A stretch of DNA of 64,000 nt. Source: the human T2T-CHM13v2.0 reference genome, Homo sapiens. Positions within the stretch are counted from its first letter, which is position 1, and the number at the start of each line of letters is the position of its first letter. The notes under the pieces were generated by a model. The model did no database searches and was not told the DNA's origin. It saw only the letters and a program-made list of their open reading frames with translations. Positions 1-14,060 of the stretch are shown here, piece by piece. The translations under genes were made by a program, and so were the position numbers. The DNA is taken from the NCBI RefSeq assembly GCF_009914755.1, contig NC_060926.1. One strand, 5' to 3'.

Positions 1-828
1 TAGATTGCTTCTAAATCTTGGCTAGTGTGAATAGTGCTGCAATAAACGTAGGAGTGCAGATGTCCTTTGATATACTGATTTCCTTTCTTTTGCATTTATA
101 TCTAGCAGTGAGATTGCTGGATCATACGGTAGCTCTATCTTTAGTTTTTTGAGGAACCTCTATACTGTTATCCATAGTAGCTGTACTAACTTATATTACA
201 AGGTTTCATTTTTTTCTATATCCTTGCCAACATTTGTTATTATCTGTCTTTTGAATAAAAACCACTTAAACTGGAGTGAGATGATATCTCATTGTAGTTT
301 TGATTTGCATTTCTCTGGTCAGCAATATTGAGCAACTTTTCATATACCCATTTGTCATTTGTATGCCTTCTTTTGAGAATTGTCTATTCAGGTCTTTTGC
401 TCAATTTAAGTCAGATTATTAGATTTTTCCCTATTGAGCAATTTGAGCTCTTTTCATATTCTGGTTATTAATCTCTTGCCAGATGAATAGTGTGAAAATA
501 CTTTTACCCATTTTGTTGTTGATTGTTTCCTATGCTGTGCAGAAACTTTTTAACTTGATATGACACGATTTGTCCATTCTTGCTTTGGTTGTCTGTGCTT
601 GTGGGGTATTACTCAAGATGTCATTGCTCAGACCATTGTCCTGGAGAGTTTCGCTGATATTTTCTTTTATTAGTTTCATAGTTAGTTGAAGGTCTTATAT
701 TTCATCATTTTATCTATTTGATTTGATTTTTGTATATGGTAACAGAGAGATGTCTAATTTCACTCTTCTGCATATGACTATCCAGTTTACCCGGCATCAT
801 TTATTGAAGAGACAATGCTTTCCCCAAT
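1..828 (-). mobile_element. LINE-1 (L1MA-type) ORF2 3' region fragment, runs off the window start
   Basis: Antisense L1 ORF2 C-terminal motifs: gtgaatagtgctgcaataaac, ttgaggaacctc, gagatgatatctcattgtagttttgatttgcatttctctg, gctgtgcagaaactttt. Heavily degraded. Confidence 0.9.
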
Positions 829-2029
829 ACTTCATTTTTAATAGTTGATTTTAATATATTTACATATTCTGTGATCACTTACTTATATGAATTATTTCTT
901 TCACTTCTTTAAATTTAAAATTTGCTATGTTTTTCTCTGTTGAATTTAATTCTGTCTTCTCCCAATATTTATTGGTTGAATTTTTTTTCTTTTAAAAGCT
1001 TTTCATTTCTCTGACGTTTTGGAATTTCTACATTGTACTTCTGCACCTTCAATGACCATAAACTTTAAATAAACATGCACATAACTGTTATTTTCTTTAA
1101 AAAGTAAAAATTATTTGGTATCTGTGTTATCCAGCTAACTTAGATTAAAAACATTAGCACGCTAAAATTAAAGGTCTGGAAAATTTGTTATCTCAACAAA
1201 ATAACTTTTGGTTCCATTGAGTTTCACTATTCTTCTCTATTTTCTATTTTTTTAAATAAATGTCATTTGGTTTCCACTGTAATTTTTATCATTCTCTTGA
1301 TTCTATTCATCTTTAGTTTATTTTGCTCTTTTTTACTTGTTTTTTTTTTCAGGTGGAAAAAAGATAATTGATATGAGATCTTTCTTCTAGTACAGGCATT
1401 TAAAGTAAATTTCCTTGTAAGCATTGCTAACAGCAACCCATACATTTTGATATGTATGTTTTTGTCTTCATTTGGTTCAATCTATTTTCTAATGCCTCTC
1501 ATTATTTATTTTTGGAACCATTTAAAACATGTTGTTTAGTTTCCAGATATTCAGTTATATCCCAACTTATTTTAGTGGACAGAGTATATGATTTGTATGT
1601 CTTCAAACATTTTAAATTTGTTTTACTGCATAGAATATGATCTATTCTAGAGAATGTTTCATGTGCACTTGAAAAGAATGTGTTTACCTCTGTTGTTGGT
1701 AAAATATTCTTATGTAAAGGCTAGTAATATTTAAATTGCTGAAAATGCTGTCAGTCTTCTAAATTGTACATAATTTTCTATTGAGTTTTTCTGTCAATTT
1801 TTAAGAATAAGCTATCAATGTCTTCAAATATTGTCAAATTTCCTAATTCTATTTTTGATTCTATCAATTTTGCTCTGTGTATATTGAATATCTGTTGTGA
1901 AGTGGGTATATATTTATAATTGTATAATTTCCTGATAAATTTACCTTTAGATGATATTTTTGAACCTAAGTCTCTATGTCTAGTGTTAAGGTAGCCACTC
2001 CAGCTCTCTTTTGGTAATGGTTTGTATAT

Positions 2030-2078
2030 ACACACACACACAAACACACACACACACACGCATGAACACACACACACA
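2030..2078. repeat. Interrupted (CA)n microsatellite
   Basis: Directly visible. Confidence 0.95.
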
Positions 2079-2635
2079 TTTTGTTTCAAGACACGCCCCT
2101 TTTATCCTCCTTTTTTGGCTATTAATTTTATGTATTTATATATAAATGGTATGATACCAAAAATAGTACATTATCATATTACTGTTTTATGAAGCTGTGT
2201 GTCTTTAACAAATGATAAGAAAAGAAAAGAGGAAAGGTACATTTATATAGTCTGTTGTCTCTTTTTGTCCAATTTTCTCTGGTTACCTTCAAGCTTTTTT
2301 ATAATTATCTTCCAGCAATTTGACTGTGATGTGCCTCTGTGTTTTTTCCTTCTAGTTAGTTTACGTGAGGTTTTCTAAATTTATAAATTCATTTTTTGTT
2401 GTATTTTATTAATTCTGGAAAATCCATGGTCATTTGCTCTTCATAGGTTTCTTCTATCCAGTCTCTTTCACTTCCCCCTCTTGGACTCCATTTACATGGA
2501 TGTTAGACAGTTTGATATTACACCACATGCCTTGGATACTCTGTTGTTTGAATACCTTGCTTTATTGTTTTTATTTTTCCATGTTTTTTAGTTCATTGCA
2601 TTGTTAAATGTTTTATTTATTTTTAGTATGTATTA

Positions 2636-3058
2636 TTTTTGTTAATATATAATAATTGCACATTTTTATGGGATACATGTGGGAATTAGAGTTAACTTTA
2701 ATAAGTGAAATAAGCTCAGCACATAGAGACAACTATCGCAGAGTCACACTTACATTTTGGAGCCAAAAATGTTGATCTTGTGGAAGGTAGAGAGTAGGAT
2801 TATAATTACCAGAGACTGGGAATTGGGTGGGGGTTGACAAAGAGATGTTGGTTAATGGGTGTACACATATGGTTAGATAGAAAGAATAAATTTTAGTATT
2901 CAGTAGCACTGTAGAGTGACTATAGTTAACAATAATTTATTGTATACTTCAATATAGCTGGAAAAGAAGATTTGAAATCTCTCCAACATAGATTATAAAT
3001 GTTTGAGGTGATGGATATCCTAAATATCCTCATTTGATCATTACACACTGTATATATA
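2636..3058 (-). mobile_element. L1MA-type 3' UTR insertion with 5' inversion
   Basis: 2636-2681 is the antisense extreme 3' end (aataattgcacatttttatgggatacatgtg). 2682-3058 is the adjacent upstream 3' UTR in sense orientation (aagtgaaataagc ... ttgatcattacacactgtat). Confidence 0.8.
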
Positions 3059-4357
3059 TTTTCTCACTTTTTTTCCTGTTTGCATTTAAGTTTGGATTAT
3101 TTCTACTGACCTAGCTTCAAGTTCACTGATTCTTCGGTTTTCTATATGTAGTCTTTCTGATAAACCCATCCACCAAAGATATTTTCATGTCTTGTAGCGT
3201 ATATGTGTGTGTGTGTGTTAATTTCTAAAATTCCATTTAATACACTTTCGTAGTTTCCAAATCTTTGCTTATGTATGTTGTTCATCTCTTCTACAAGATT
3301 GTATGACACATTAACCATAGTGATCTTAAAGTCTGTGTGTGATAATTCCAAAATTTGGCTTATCTCTGGGTGTAATTATGTTGGTTATTTTATCTATTGA
3401 CAATGGGGTTGTTTCCATTTTTTTGAAACGCTTCATAGTTCTTAATAAAATGAAAAATGTGTTTTAAAGTAAGTGGGAATGCCTCCTCTTTTTTTCAGGC
3501 CATTAGTGTTGAATACTGCATCAATCTGATCAGTTGTTGAGCTTGGGGTTAGGGAGCAAGATCAAGTTTCTAGCCCTACTCCTAGTATTAGATAAATTCT
3601 TTCTAGTGTTTTGGCAGACTGGTAAGTAGGTTTCCTCTCCCTCTATCAGAAGTAGCTAACCAGTTACTGTGAATATGTGAGGAATGTGTCTCCTGATACT
3701 TTCTCAGCATTAGATGTTTTCTGCCTGTGTTAAAGCAGCATCAGGTCAGAGGAACAGGAATCCCCTATGCTAATTTCTGAGCTTCGACATTATGTCAGAG
3801 AAAACTTAGGGCATGCTTTATTTCAAGAATGATGAACCACACTTTGGAATTATACAGTATCCATGTGTAGATGAGCTTTTTCAAATATTCCTGCTCCATT
3901 CTCAAATTCTGGTGTAGGCTATGTATATTTTATCCACCAGAAACAACTCTGTCTCCTACTCTGTCTCCATATGTTTAGTGAATAGGCTGTGGAAAATAGC
4001 TGGGTAGTGTTTGCAGACTCCCTTTGCATCTGGGGCTTCCAAAGGTTCTAAATGATCATATTATGTTATAATTAAAAATCTTTAATAATTTGTTAAAGCT
4101 TTGATTTTTTGTTTTATCTTAACTATTTTATGATCCCCACCTTTTCTTCACATATTTAACCTAAGATGTCTACTAATTGTCCTGAAAGGGGCTTTGATTC
4201 TTTTGGATTTAGTCATCTCACTTGCCTTTCAAACTCAGTTACCTGATGGAATCAAAAAAGTAATGATGTTATTCACCATTCACTTTTACTTGCCATTTAG
4301 GTAGGAAAAAGATTCTTTTGGTTTTCTGCATCTCGAAAAAACAATAAATCTCAGATT

Positions 4358-4657
4358 GGACTGGGTGCCTCACACTTGTAATCGCAGCACTTTGGGAGGC
4401 CGAGGTGGGCGGATCACTTGTGATCAGGCATTCCAATCTGGGAAACATCGTGAAATCCCACCTTAAAAAAAAAAAAAAAATTAGCTGTTGGTGGTAGTGT
4501 GTGCCTGTAGTCCCAGTTACTCAAAAGGCTCAGGTGGGAGGATCACTTGAGCCTGCAATAAGGTCAAGGTTGCAGCTGGAAGTTGAGGCTGCAATGAGCC
4601 ATGATTTTGACACTGTATTCCAGCCTGGGCAACAGAGTGAGATCCTATCTGAAAAAA
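4358..4657 (+). mobile_element. AluJ-type SINE
   Basis: Dimeric Alu with A-rich linker and J-type right arm ggtgggaggatcacttgagcc. Small internal duplication near 4561-4595. Confidence 0.92.
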
Positions 4658-5155
4658 TATATATAATATATCCTTGTATATATCTAGATAAAATTTATTG
4701 TTTTAGTAATTCTTGTTATAAGAAAATATAATTGGATTTTAATAATTTAGCTTTAGCAACTTTGTGTTTTAATCTTTCAATGTAAATCCTCCACATTAAT
4801 TAGAAACACCAGTAAGTTACCCTCATTCTGCATCATTTTATGTTCTCAGTTTGCCAGGCAATCTTTCATTTTCTCATTTCCCTGTGTTTTATTCACCATT
4901 GGATTAATCAGATTGTCTTCACATTTTTTCTTTAAAATAATTTACTTTTATGCTAAATTGTTTGATTTATTGCTTAAATTTATTTTTCTACATGTCTATA
5001 GTTAATATGTCCTTTCATATCATTAACTTTTCTTCCTTTCAATTATATATTGAAAATAATGACATTTTACTTTGATATTAACTTTTAAATTAGTATTTTT
5101 AACAATACTTATTTAGGAAATAGTATTTTACTGTTTTTGTGCGCCACTACTATGG

Positions 5156-5258
5156 TAATTTTTTGCATATAACTGAATATTTTAAATTGAGTTTATATCC
5201 TCATAATTTTTGCATATAACTAAATATTTTAAATTGAGTTTATATCCTCATAATTTTT
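5156..5258. repeat. Tandem duplication, 48/47-bp unit x2
   Basis: taatttttgcatataact(g/a)aatattttaaattgagtttatatcctca at 5156-5203 and 5204-5250. One substitution and one T-run length difference. Confidence 0.95.
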
Positions 5259-6754
5259 TAATAAGGAATCTATAGGTAGGCCTAAAAACATCTCCAGTTT
5301 GTGTCATCTTAAAATTAATTTTCTTGTATATCAAATTAAAAATTACTTTTCTTCATCCATTTTGCTATTTCTTTGATGCTGTATCCTTGATTTCTTACAT
5401 CAAAAATCATTTCATTTTGTCTCTTTTCCCTTCCTTGAAACATGGTGAATATAAATGTAAATTTGTGATAGGACAGAGCTATAAATGATGATTATTCTCT
5501 ATTGAACATATTTTGAATTATTATTAGATGTCATGTAACTTTCTGTTAGCTGAAAAATTGCTAGAGCTGCCTGTAAAATATTTGTAATATTACCTGTGTG
5601 TTTCATTTTACTGAAATAAAAGTCAATCTACCATTTTCTTCATTTATTGAAACTTTTGATTTTAAGGTGGATCATTTTTAATTAACTGAGAGTGATCTTT
5701 ATCTGTGGTTTTGAGATTGTGAAAGTGGGCGCATTAGTATTTTGTTTTTCTTTTAGATATCTAGCATGTAAGCTTAGCTTCTGAAAACCATTTTCATATT
5801 AAATGTGAATTGGAAAAAAAAATCCTGAGACATATAGAATTGATGTTGTCTTGTAATAAGAAGACTTTTTCTTTTTTTAAAAAGAAAAGCTGACTGCATC
5901 TTAAATTTATTTTTATCGGGATTTTTCAACAGTTTCTTTCTTGACTCATACATTATTTAAATTATATCCATAGTAATTTGTGTAAAACAATTTTCTAAAA
6001 CTAAATTAGAAAATCATATAGATCATAAGTGTTGGTTCTATTTCTTACATATTTCAACTGTTTAGTTTTTAATATTTGTGACTACTTGGACAATAATATC
6101 TAGAAAAGTTTTTATGTATACATATCTAAGTGGAATGGAAATCTGTTTTCATTCACAATGAGGACTAAGAGTAAGTATTTTAGAATTGACGTTAAAACGA
6201 TGGAAATATTGCCTTTTAAAACTTTTTAGTTAATGTTCCTGAGATTGTATTAATATTTCAAATAACTACCCTCATCATAATATTTTTGTTTCCATATATA
6301 TTTTTGAAACATTTCCAGAATTTTTAAATTCTTTATTGTTTTAGGATTGTATAATCAAGAAGTTCACTTTTTTATCTAAAATATATCTCAGTCTTTGAAA
6401 TAAATATAGCTTCATGGCTGGAAAGGTTCTTTTTGTCAATCTCAGGCAACTGCTACTAGCATGCAGTTTGTCATCTGAGAAGTAAGTGGTGCATGGCCCA
6501 GGTGTGAAGTGAGCTGATAAGAGAATTATGAATCAGTTACCAAGAAAGAGAACTCCAATGTTGGCTTGAAACATCAAGGAGACTTACACTCTCAAGAATC
6601 ATGGCCAGGAATAAGTTCATATAAGGCATTAATGAGAACAATTTCAAGAAATGACACAAAGCTATCATTCCAATTTAAGGCTAGTAGAATTAGCAAAACA
6701 TTAAAGAAATGTTAAAAGGGTAGAATAGACTATTTAAAAAGTAATTCCTTGGTC

Positions 6755-6870
6755 AGTAATTTACTCAAAATGTATGTGTACTAATTGCAAAGCAATATAT
6801 TACATCCTGGTGATAAAAAATACTAAATAATACAAATGGGGTCTATGCTTTCATAAACTTAGTTTCAGAA
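6755..6870 (-). mobile_element. Possible L2 3'-end fragment
   Basis: Weak resemblance to the antisense L2 tail (gtctatgctttcataaacttagtttcag). Confidence 0.35.
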
Positions 6871-7319
6871 ATGCCAAGGTGAAGTGCATGGTCTTTTCTC
6901 TTGGGTCTATATACTCTGCTCTCACTCTAACTCTACCCCATTTACAGCCACAGTGGAAAAGTTAAATCAAAACAATTAAGGCTGAGGGAAAGTCTTAAAT
7001 ATCTGCACTGTAGCCAGAATTCACTTATCATGAAATTAAGACATGTTGTATGATGTAGCTTGGGTTACTTGCATTATCAACATTGAATATTTTGATTAGA
7101 GAGGTCATAAGTGGTTTTTTTTTGAAAAATATCATATAACAAGTAAAAGTATAAAGTGTAAAACCAAAATTTTTTGTCACCTACCTACCAGTGATTACTC
7201 TGTTAATATTTTTATGTATATCTCTTCAGAGTATTATATTCGTATAATACAGATTCAGATATGCTGTTTGATTTTAATCCTTATATTCTTTTTTCCATTT
7301 CTTTTTCTCTCACTACCCA

Positions 7320-7860
7320 AATCTGATCAACCAATTACCATGTTTTATCCTACATATCATACCTTGTTCTTTGTTACTACCCTGTTGCTAGGCCACTTTC
7401 ATCCCTAGCCTTCCTTGCATACTCTTATAACATAACTAGGTTCCCTGAATCTGCTCTTGTCCCACTCCAATCCATTCATCTCTTCGCCATTCAAAATATA
7501 TATTTTTTAGGAAGAAAAATAATATCACATCTCTTTCTAAATCAAAAACTTTCAACTGCCATGATCTTTTACTTATAATCAATTCTAAAATCCTTAATAT
7601 AGTCGAACAAGGCCTGCCTGGCTCCAATTTCTTCTTTAGCCTTTTTCCTGTATGGATTTTCCTTCATAAACTAGAATCTGGGCTGTCTCCTTACAAAGCC
7701 CCAAGGATTAAGACAAGCAGTGGATTTGCTTGAAATGCTCTCTTTGCCACATGCCATATTTTCCTGATTGACTAATTCTTTCTTACCCTGTACATTTCAT
7801 CTTAATTTTAACTTTCCATGACTTTCTTAATCCCTCAGACAAGTTTGCACTCTGTAATTC
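7320..7860 (+). mobile_element. L2 LINE fragment
   Basis: ctgctcttgtcccactccaatccattc ... atcacatctctttctaaatcaaaaactttcaactg ... aattctaaaatccttaatatagtcgaacaaggcctg follows the L2 3' region motif order. Confidence 0.7.
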
Positions 7861-7899
7861 TTGTCATAATCGATACATTTAATATAAATTATGTTAGAC

Positions 7900-8370
7900 T
7901 TTTCATTCTAACTTCTGAATTACATTATGTATTGTATCTTTATTGCTTTCTGATATATTTTCACTCGAGCATTTGTTGTGAGTTAAATATATAAATTATA
8001 TATTTTATATTAAACATATGTCTATGATTATTTTTAATAACTATAACATATTCCATTGAATGGATTCAGTGTACTTTACTAGGAAGTTTTTTTCTGGAAC
8101 ACAGGGAAATTACCTGAATGTATTCTTACTCCATTGGAGTAACCTGTATTAAGATTATTCTCAATCTTGGTACAATTTTAAACAAGCCTGCAATGAGCAA
8201 CGTTATACATGTACCTTATTTATTAAGCATATATATTAGAAATAGAATTGTTGGGTAAAGTTTATATGTATTTCCAACATTACACATATGCAAAATCTGT
8301 TGCCAGAATGGCCTAAAGATGAGCAATAATTATGCCAATTTATTTTCATATTCGTAGTATAAAAAGGGCA
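7900..8370 (-). mobile_element. L1ME-type 3' region fragment
   Basis: atattccattgaatggat, aaacaagcctgcaatgagcaac, tagaaatagaattgttgggt. Confidence 0.65.
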
Positions 8371-10489
8371 TTGAACATAAGCAAATGGCATTTGAGGCTA
8401 ATATGAATTTTACTTTATGTTACTGTATTAGTTTATTTTGAAACAATTTTTAAATATATTCTTCACATAACATTTGAAATTTAACCTTTTGCTCAATAAA
8501 CATTCAAGGCAACTTGTTTATGGTGACAACAATAACAATTATATCAATAATAACCGTAATCATAAGTACATGTAGTAGTAGTAGAGATTGAAGGAACAGA
8601 AGCAAGAGGTACAGAAATATTGCTATTACTACCAACATTCTTTGGAATGTAATCAACTTCACCATTACCTATTTATTGCAAACACATGGCAATCAGTGCT
8701 ACCCTATTGCAGTAGGAATACTCTTAGTCATGTATAAACAAGTCCTGTCCCCACATTAAAAATTTCTAGGTACAAACATGGTTTGCTGAATATCTATTTA
8801 AAGACAACCAATCAAAGAATAAGCACATTTTTCAATGAAATAAAATCATATTCAAGTAAATATGGACATAAAAATATTTTATGTCTCTACTAACCTTCTT
8901 CCCTATTTTGATTTAAAACTTTGACAGAACTATTCTGCACTTAAACAATATATATGTTACTTAATCATTATAAATATTTTAATGACCAAAATTTTGTTCC
9001 TAAGATTATCACCTTTCTTTTTTCTCTTCGATATACCTAAAATATTGTAATCACGAAATAAATAGTAACAATAATGCTTTAAAAATGGAAACTTCTTTTC
9101 TAGTGAAGAATGTATTACTACATTCTGTCAACTTTATTTCTCTTGCAAGACCAACATTTCTCTTTCCAGCATTTATAGAATGTTTTTTAAAATGTATGTA
9201 ATTGCAACAAAGTGTAACGGTAAGGTTTTGAATTTTAAATATTGTTGAGAAATCAAATAATTCTGGGATACAAATAAAATGAGGGATATGTAGGGAAAGT
9301 AATACATATATGTAGAATACATAAAATAGGTTCAATATCTACTAAACAGAATTCAGAATAGTTTACAGAATTTAAACAGCCAATAGTACCTATTAGTGGA
9401 ACATGGGGTACTGAATAATTTAGATTTGATTTATTAGAATTTCTGTTTAGTCATGTTATATATCTTGAACTGTAACTAAAATTTTAAGAATGTAGTCAAT
9501 TATTTTATTTATTATTTCCACTTTCACAAATATGTTTAGCACTTATATACCCTGTTAAATACTGATTACAAATAATAAACACATGGCCTTATCATACTAT
9601 TGTACACGTTTTCAAAACTTTGAAATTCTCTGATGAAGTAAGGACTGAGGTTACTTTCATTTGGGTTCCTGTTACAGGTGCTTTATACTAAGATATTGAC
9701 TTTGGTTGTGAGCAGTTCTTCTGGCTGAATTGATTTATGATACACTCTGTTGCTATCCAGACAGTTTCCAGTGAAATGACAAAGAAGTTCTGCTTCCATA
9801 CCCAACTAATCAATGGAAAGCAAAGCAAGACCAGACAAAACAAAACCTTTTATATAAAGTGACTGGATATTAAATGTCATGTTGTATATGCTATGTGTGA
9901 AAATAAAGAGCAGACATACATATCTTGTTAATCGATATTGCTATTTGCTTTCCAAAGATAAATTTATATCTAGTACAGAGACTATTAAAACTGTTGTTGC
10001 ATTGAATGGTTTGTTTAAAAATAAATAAATGCCCATACATGTTATGTGAGTGTTAATATTTCTGCTTACAGCATTAATATTTGTGAGAATATAGACATTC
10101 AAACATTTAAATTATTAAACATTTAAATTAGTAATTGACTAAATGAAATTAATATTCTGGTAGAAAAATGCCTAATACAACAAATTCTTTTGACAAATTA
10201 AAGAAGACCATGGAATACATTCAGATTTCTCAATTAATTGAGAAATTACTGTTTCTTATAATATATTACAGATTAAATAATACATTTTTACAAACTATTT
10301 TCACTCTATCTTAAAATTACATTCATATACTTCCAATTGCATTTGTTTTGAAGTATCATAAATATCACAATGCATGGAATATAATACAAGAAACTATCAT
10401 ATATTATCTGCATATTCCTAAACACTTAGTAGTGTGGGGCATTGTGCTCAGAAAGTAAAACCTGTGGAAGTTGGAGACGTACAAGCCAA

Positions 10490-10845
10490 GGAGTTATAGA
10501 AAGGTAGAGTGAGGACCGATATTAATGGATCTTGCATGCCATAATAAGCCCTAAAGAAATATTGATTAATTTAAAAAGAAAATAAGTGACATATCTGTAT
10601 TTGTTTGAGCAAGATACCTAGGTACAGTGTGGAGACGGAAAAGGCTGTAGATAAATAGAATATTATTCCTGTGATACAAATAGTATAAGAAAAATATCTG
10701 ATAGGAGTGGTGACTGGACAGAGAATGAAAAGGGAATATATTTGTGAGGCATTTTGAATAGAATGTTATAACTTGGTTACTGATGGAACATGGGTGGCAA
10801 GATAGAGGAATGAGTTGAGAATGTTTCTCATATTTCTAGCTCACA
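10490..10845 (-). mobile_element. L2 LINE fragment
   Basis: Purine-rich antisense L2 pattern: aagtgacatatctgtatttgtttgag, acttggttactgatggaacatggg, gaggaatgagttgagaatg. Confidence 0.55.
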
Positions 10846-11406
10846 GATTATCTAATGTGAGCATTAGATTTATTTAATCTTTGTATTAATATCAGTACAA
10901 TGTACCTTATTAATTTTTAATTTATTTAATAACAATGTTGAATATGTTTTAATTTTATACACATTTGGCAAAACAAGTAATTAAAGGCATAAGTTCATGT
11001 CAACAATATTTCTTTAGAAAATTTTTTACAACCATGAAATTAACAACCCATAAACAATTGGATCAAAATATTTGTATTGATTGTCTTTTTTGATGTACTT
11101 ATATGAAATTCACATAAATGGGAATTTAATTAAAATGTAAACTCATTAAGTGAAATATTCATATCTTGAAAATTTTACTCAGACTGCAATTATTAAAATG
11201 TATTTGATCATTTTCCAATTAGATGTAATTATTTATTGCCAAAAACCTCATCATTAGAAAAATAATCTCAATTCTGCATCTTATAACCTCGTTTTTCACT
11301 TTCTGTAATTAAGATACAAACTCCTATCTTTAGTAGACACAAAGTAGTAAGAAATATTGTGTGGTAAAATTCCATTTTTACTTTTTTTAAAGTGGACAAT
11401 AGTTTT

Positions 11407-12860
<1,454 letters not shown>

Positions 12861-13399
12861 TGATGTTCCAAATCAAGAGTTACAATTCACAATAAAAGGT
12901 GATGATTAATCAATCCTTTTTCTTTCGGTCCTATAAATGAATGATATTTTAAAATCGATTATTTATATTTATGTAATATATTCATTAAAATTATTTGCCA
13001 GTGTTGATGTATATTTTTAAATACATTATTACATTTTAATTTATATCTACGTGTGAGTTTTTCACCTACATGACTTATGTAAGGACAAGGTATAACATGT
13101 ACATTTTGTATAATGCTCAAAGAATTGCTGTACCTGGAATGAAAAATGATAATATAAAATTGATTTGCTAACATAAATTATATTTGAAATACCAGTTTTT
13201 ACTTTTAATATAAACATATAATGCCTAAAACATATAAATTGAACTATCACCTTCTAAAAATGTATTAAAGTGAAACAAATTTTATCTTAGTGGAAATGCT
13301 GATAAAAAGCTGAACAAGCTGACACTTTTTTTTACTTCTCTTTAAAAATATATCAATATGATGGGGTTTACTTCTATTTTATCATCTTCTAAACATCTT

Positions 13400-14060
13400 C
13401 CTGTTTTTTTCTCACCTTTTTCATTTCTTATTTCCTCATTTTATAAAAATCTTCTTTGTTTAGTTGAATGCTTTTCATGATTCTATTTTCTCTCATTTTA
13501 TTGGCTTGGTAGCTGTATCTACCTGTTTCTATGTATCTATCTATCTATCTGCTTACCTACCTACTTGATTTTTATTTATCTAGTAATTGCTCTGGGATTT
13601 ACAAATTCTCATTAACTTATAAGTGGCCTGAGGACAAATTCAAATGATTTTACACCCATCCACATACATTGTAAGGAGCTTACAGCAATATACTTCTGTT
13701 TCCCTTTTCTCAGCCTTTGTGTCATCTTGTCATACATTTTTCTTCTACATGCTATGAAATCTAAAATGCACTGTAATTATTTTTCAGCCAACTCAATCCA
13801 CTTTTGAAGTGTTAAAAAAGAAGAAAAAATATTTTATGCTTAATTGTGCATTTGCCGTTTTCAGATCTCAGTATTCATTTCCATAGACCCAGATTTCTCT
13901 AGAGTATCATTTGCTTCTTCGTGAAGAACCTCCCTTAACATGTTTGTGCTGTTAATCTCTGGTAATGGATCCTTTCAGCTTTTTATCTCTAAAAGAAAGT
14001 CTTTATTCACCTTTTGTGAAAAAGATATTTTCTCATGGTATAGAATCCAGATTATTTGCT
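13400..14060 (-). mobile_element. Old L1M inter-ORF/ORF1 fragment
   Basis: ctagtaattgctctgggatttaca, cttacagcaatatacttc, gaagaacctcccttaaca, aaagtctttattcacctt, gatattttctcatggtatagaat. Confidence 0.7.

Larger units (their letters stand above)
1370..4330 (-). mobile_element. Old L1M (L1ME/MC-like) 5' UTR, ORF1 and ORF2-start fragments, interrupted by a (CA)n tract and an L1MA insertion
   Basis: Antisense motifs agaatgtttcatgtgcacttgaaaagaatgtgt, gcaatttgactgtgatgtgcct, ttctactgacctagcttcaagttcactgattctt resemble old L1 ORF2/ORF1. Boundaries approximate. Confidence 0.7.
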
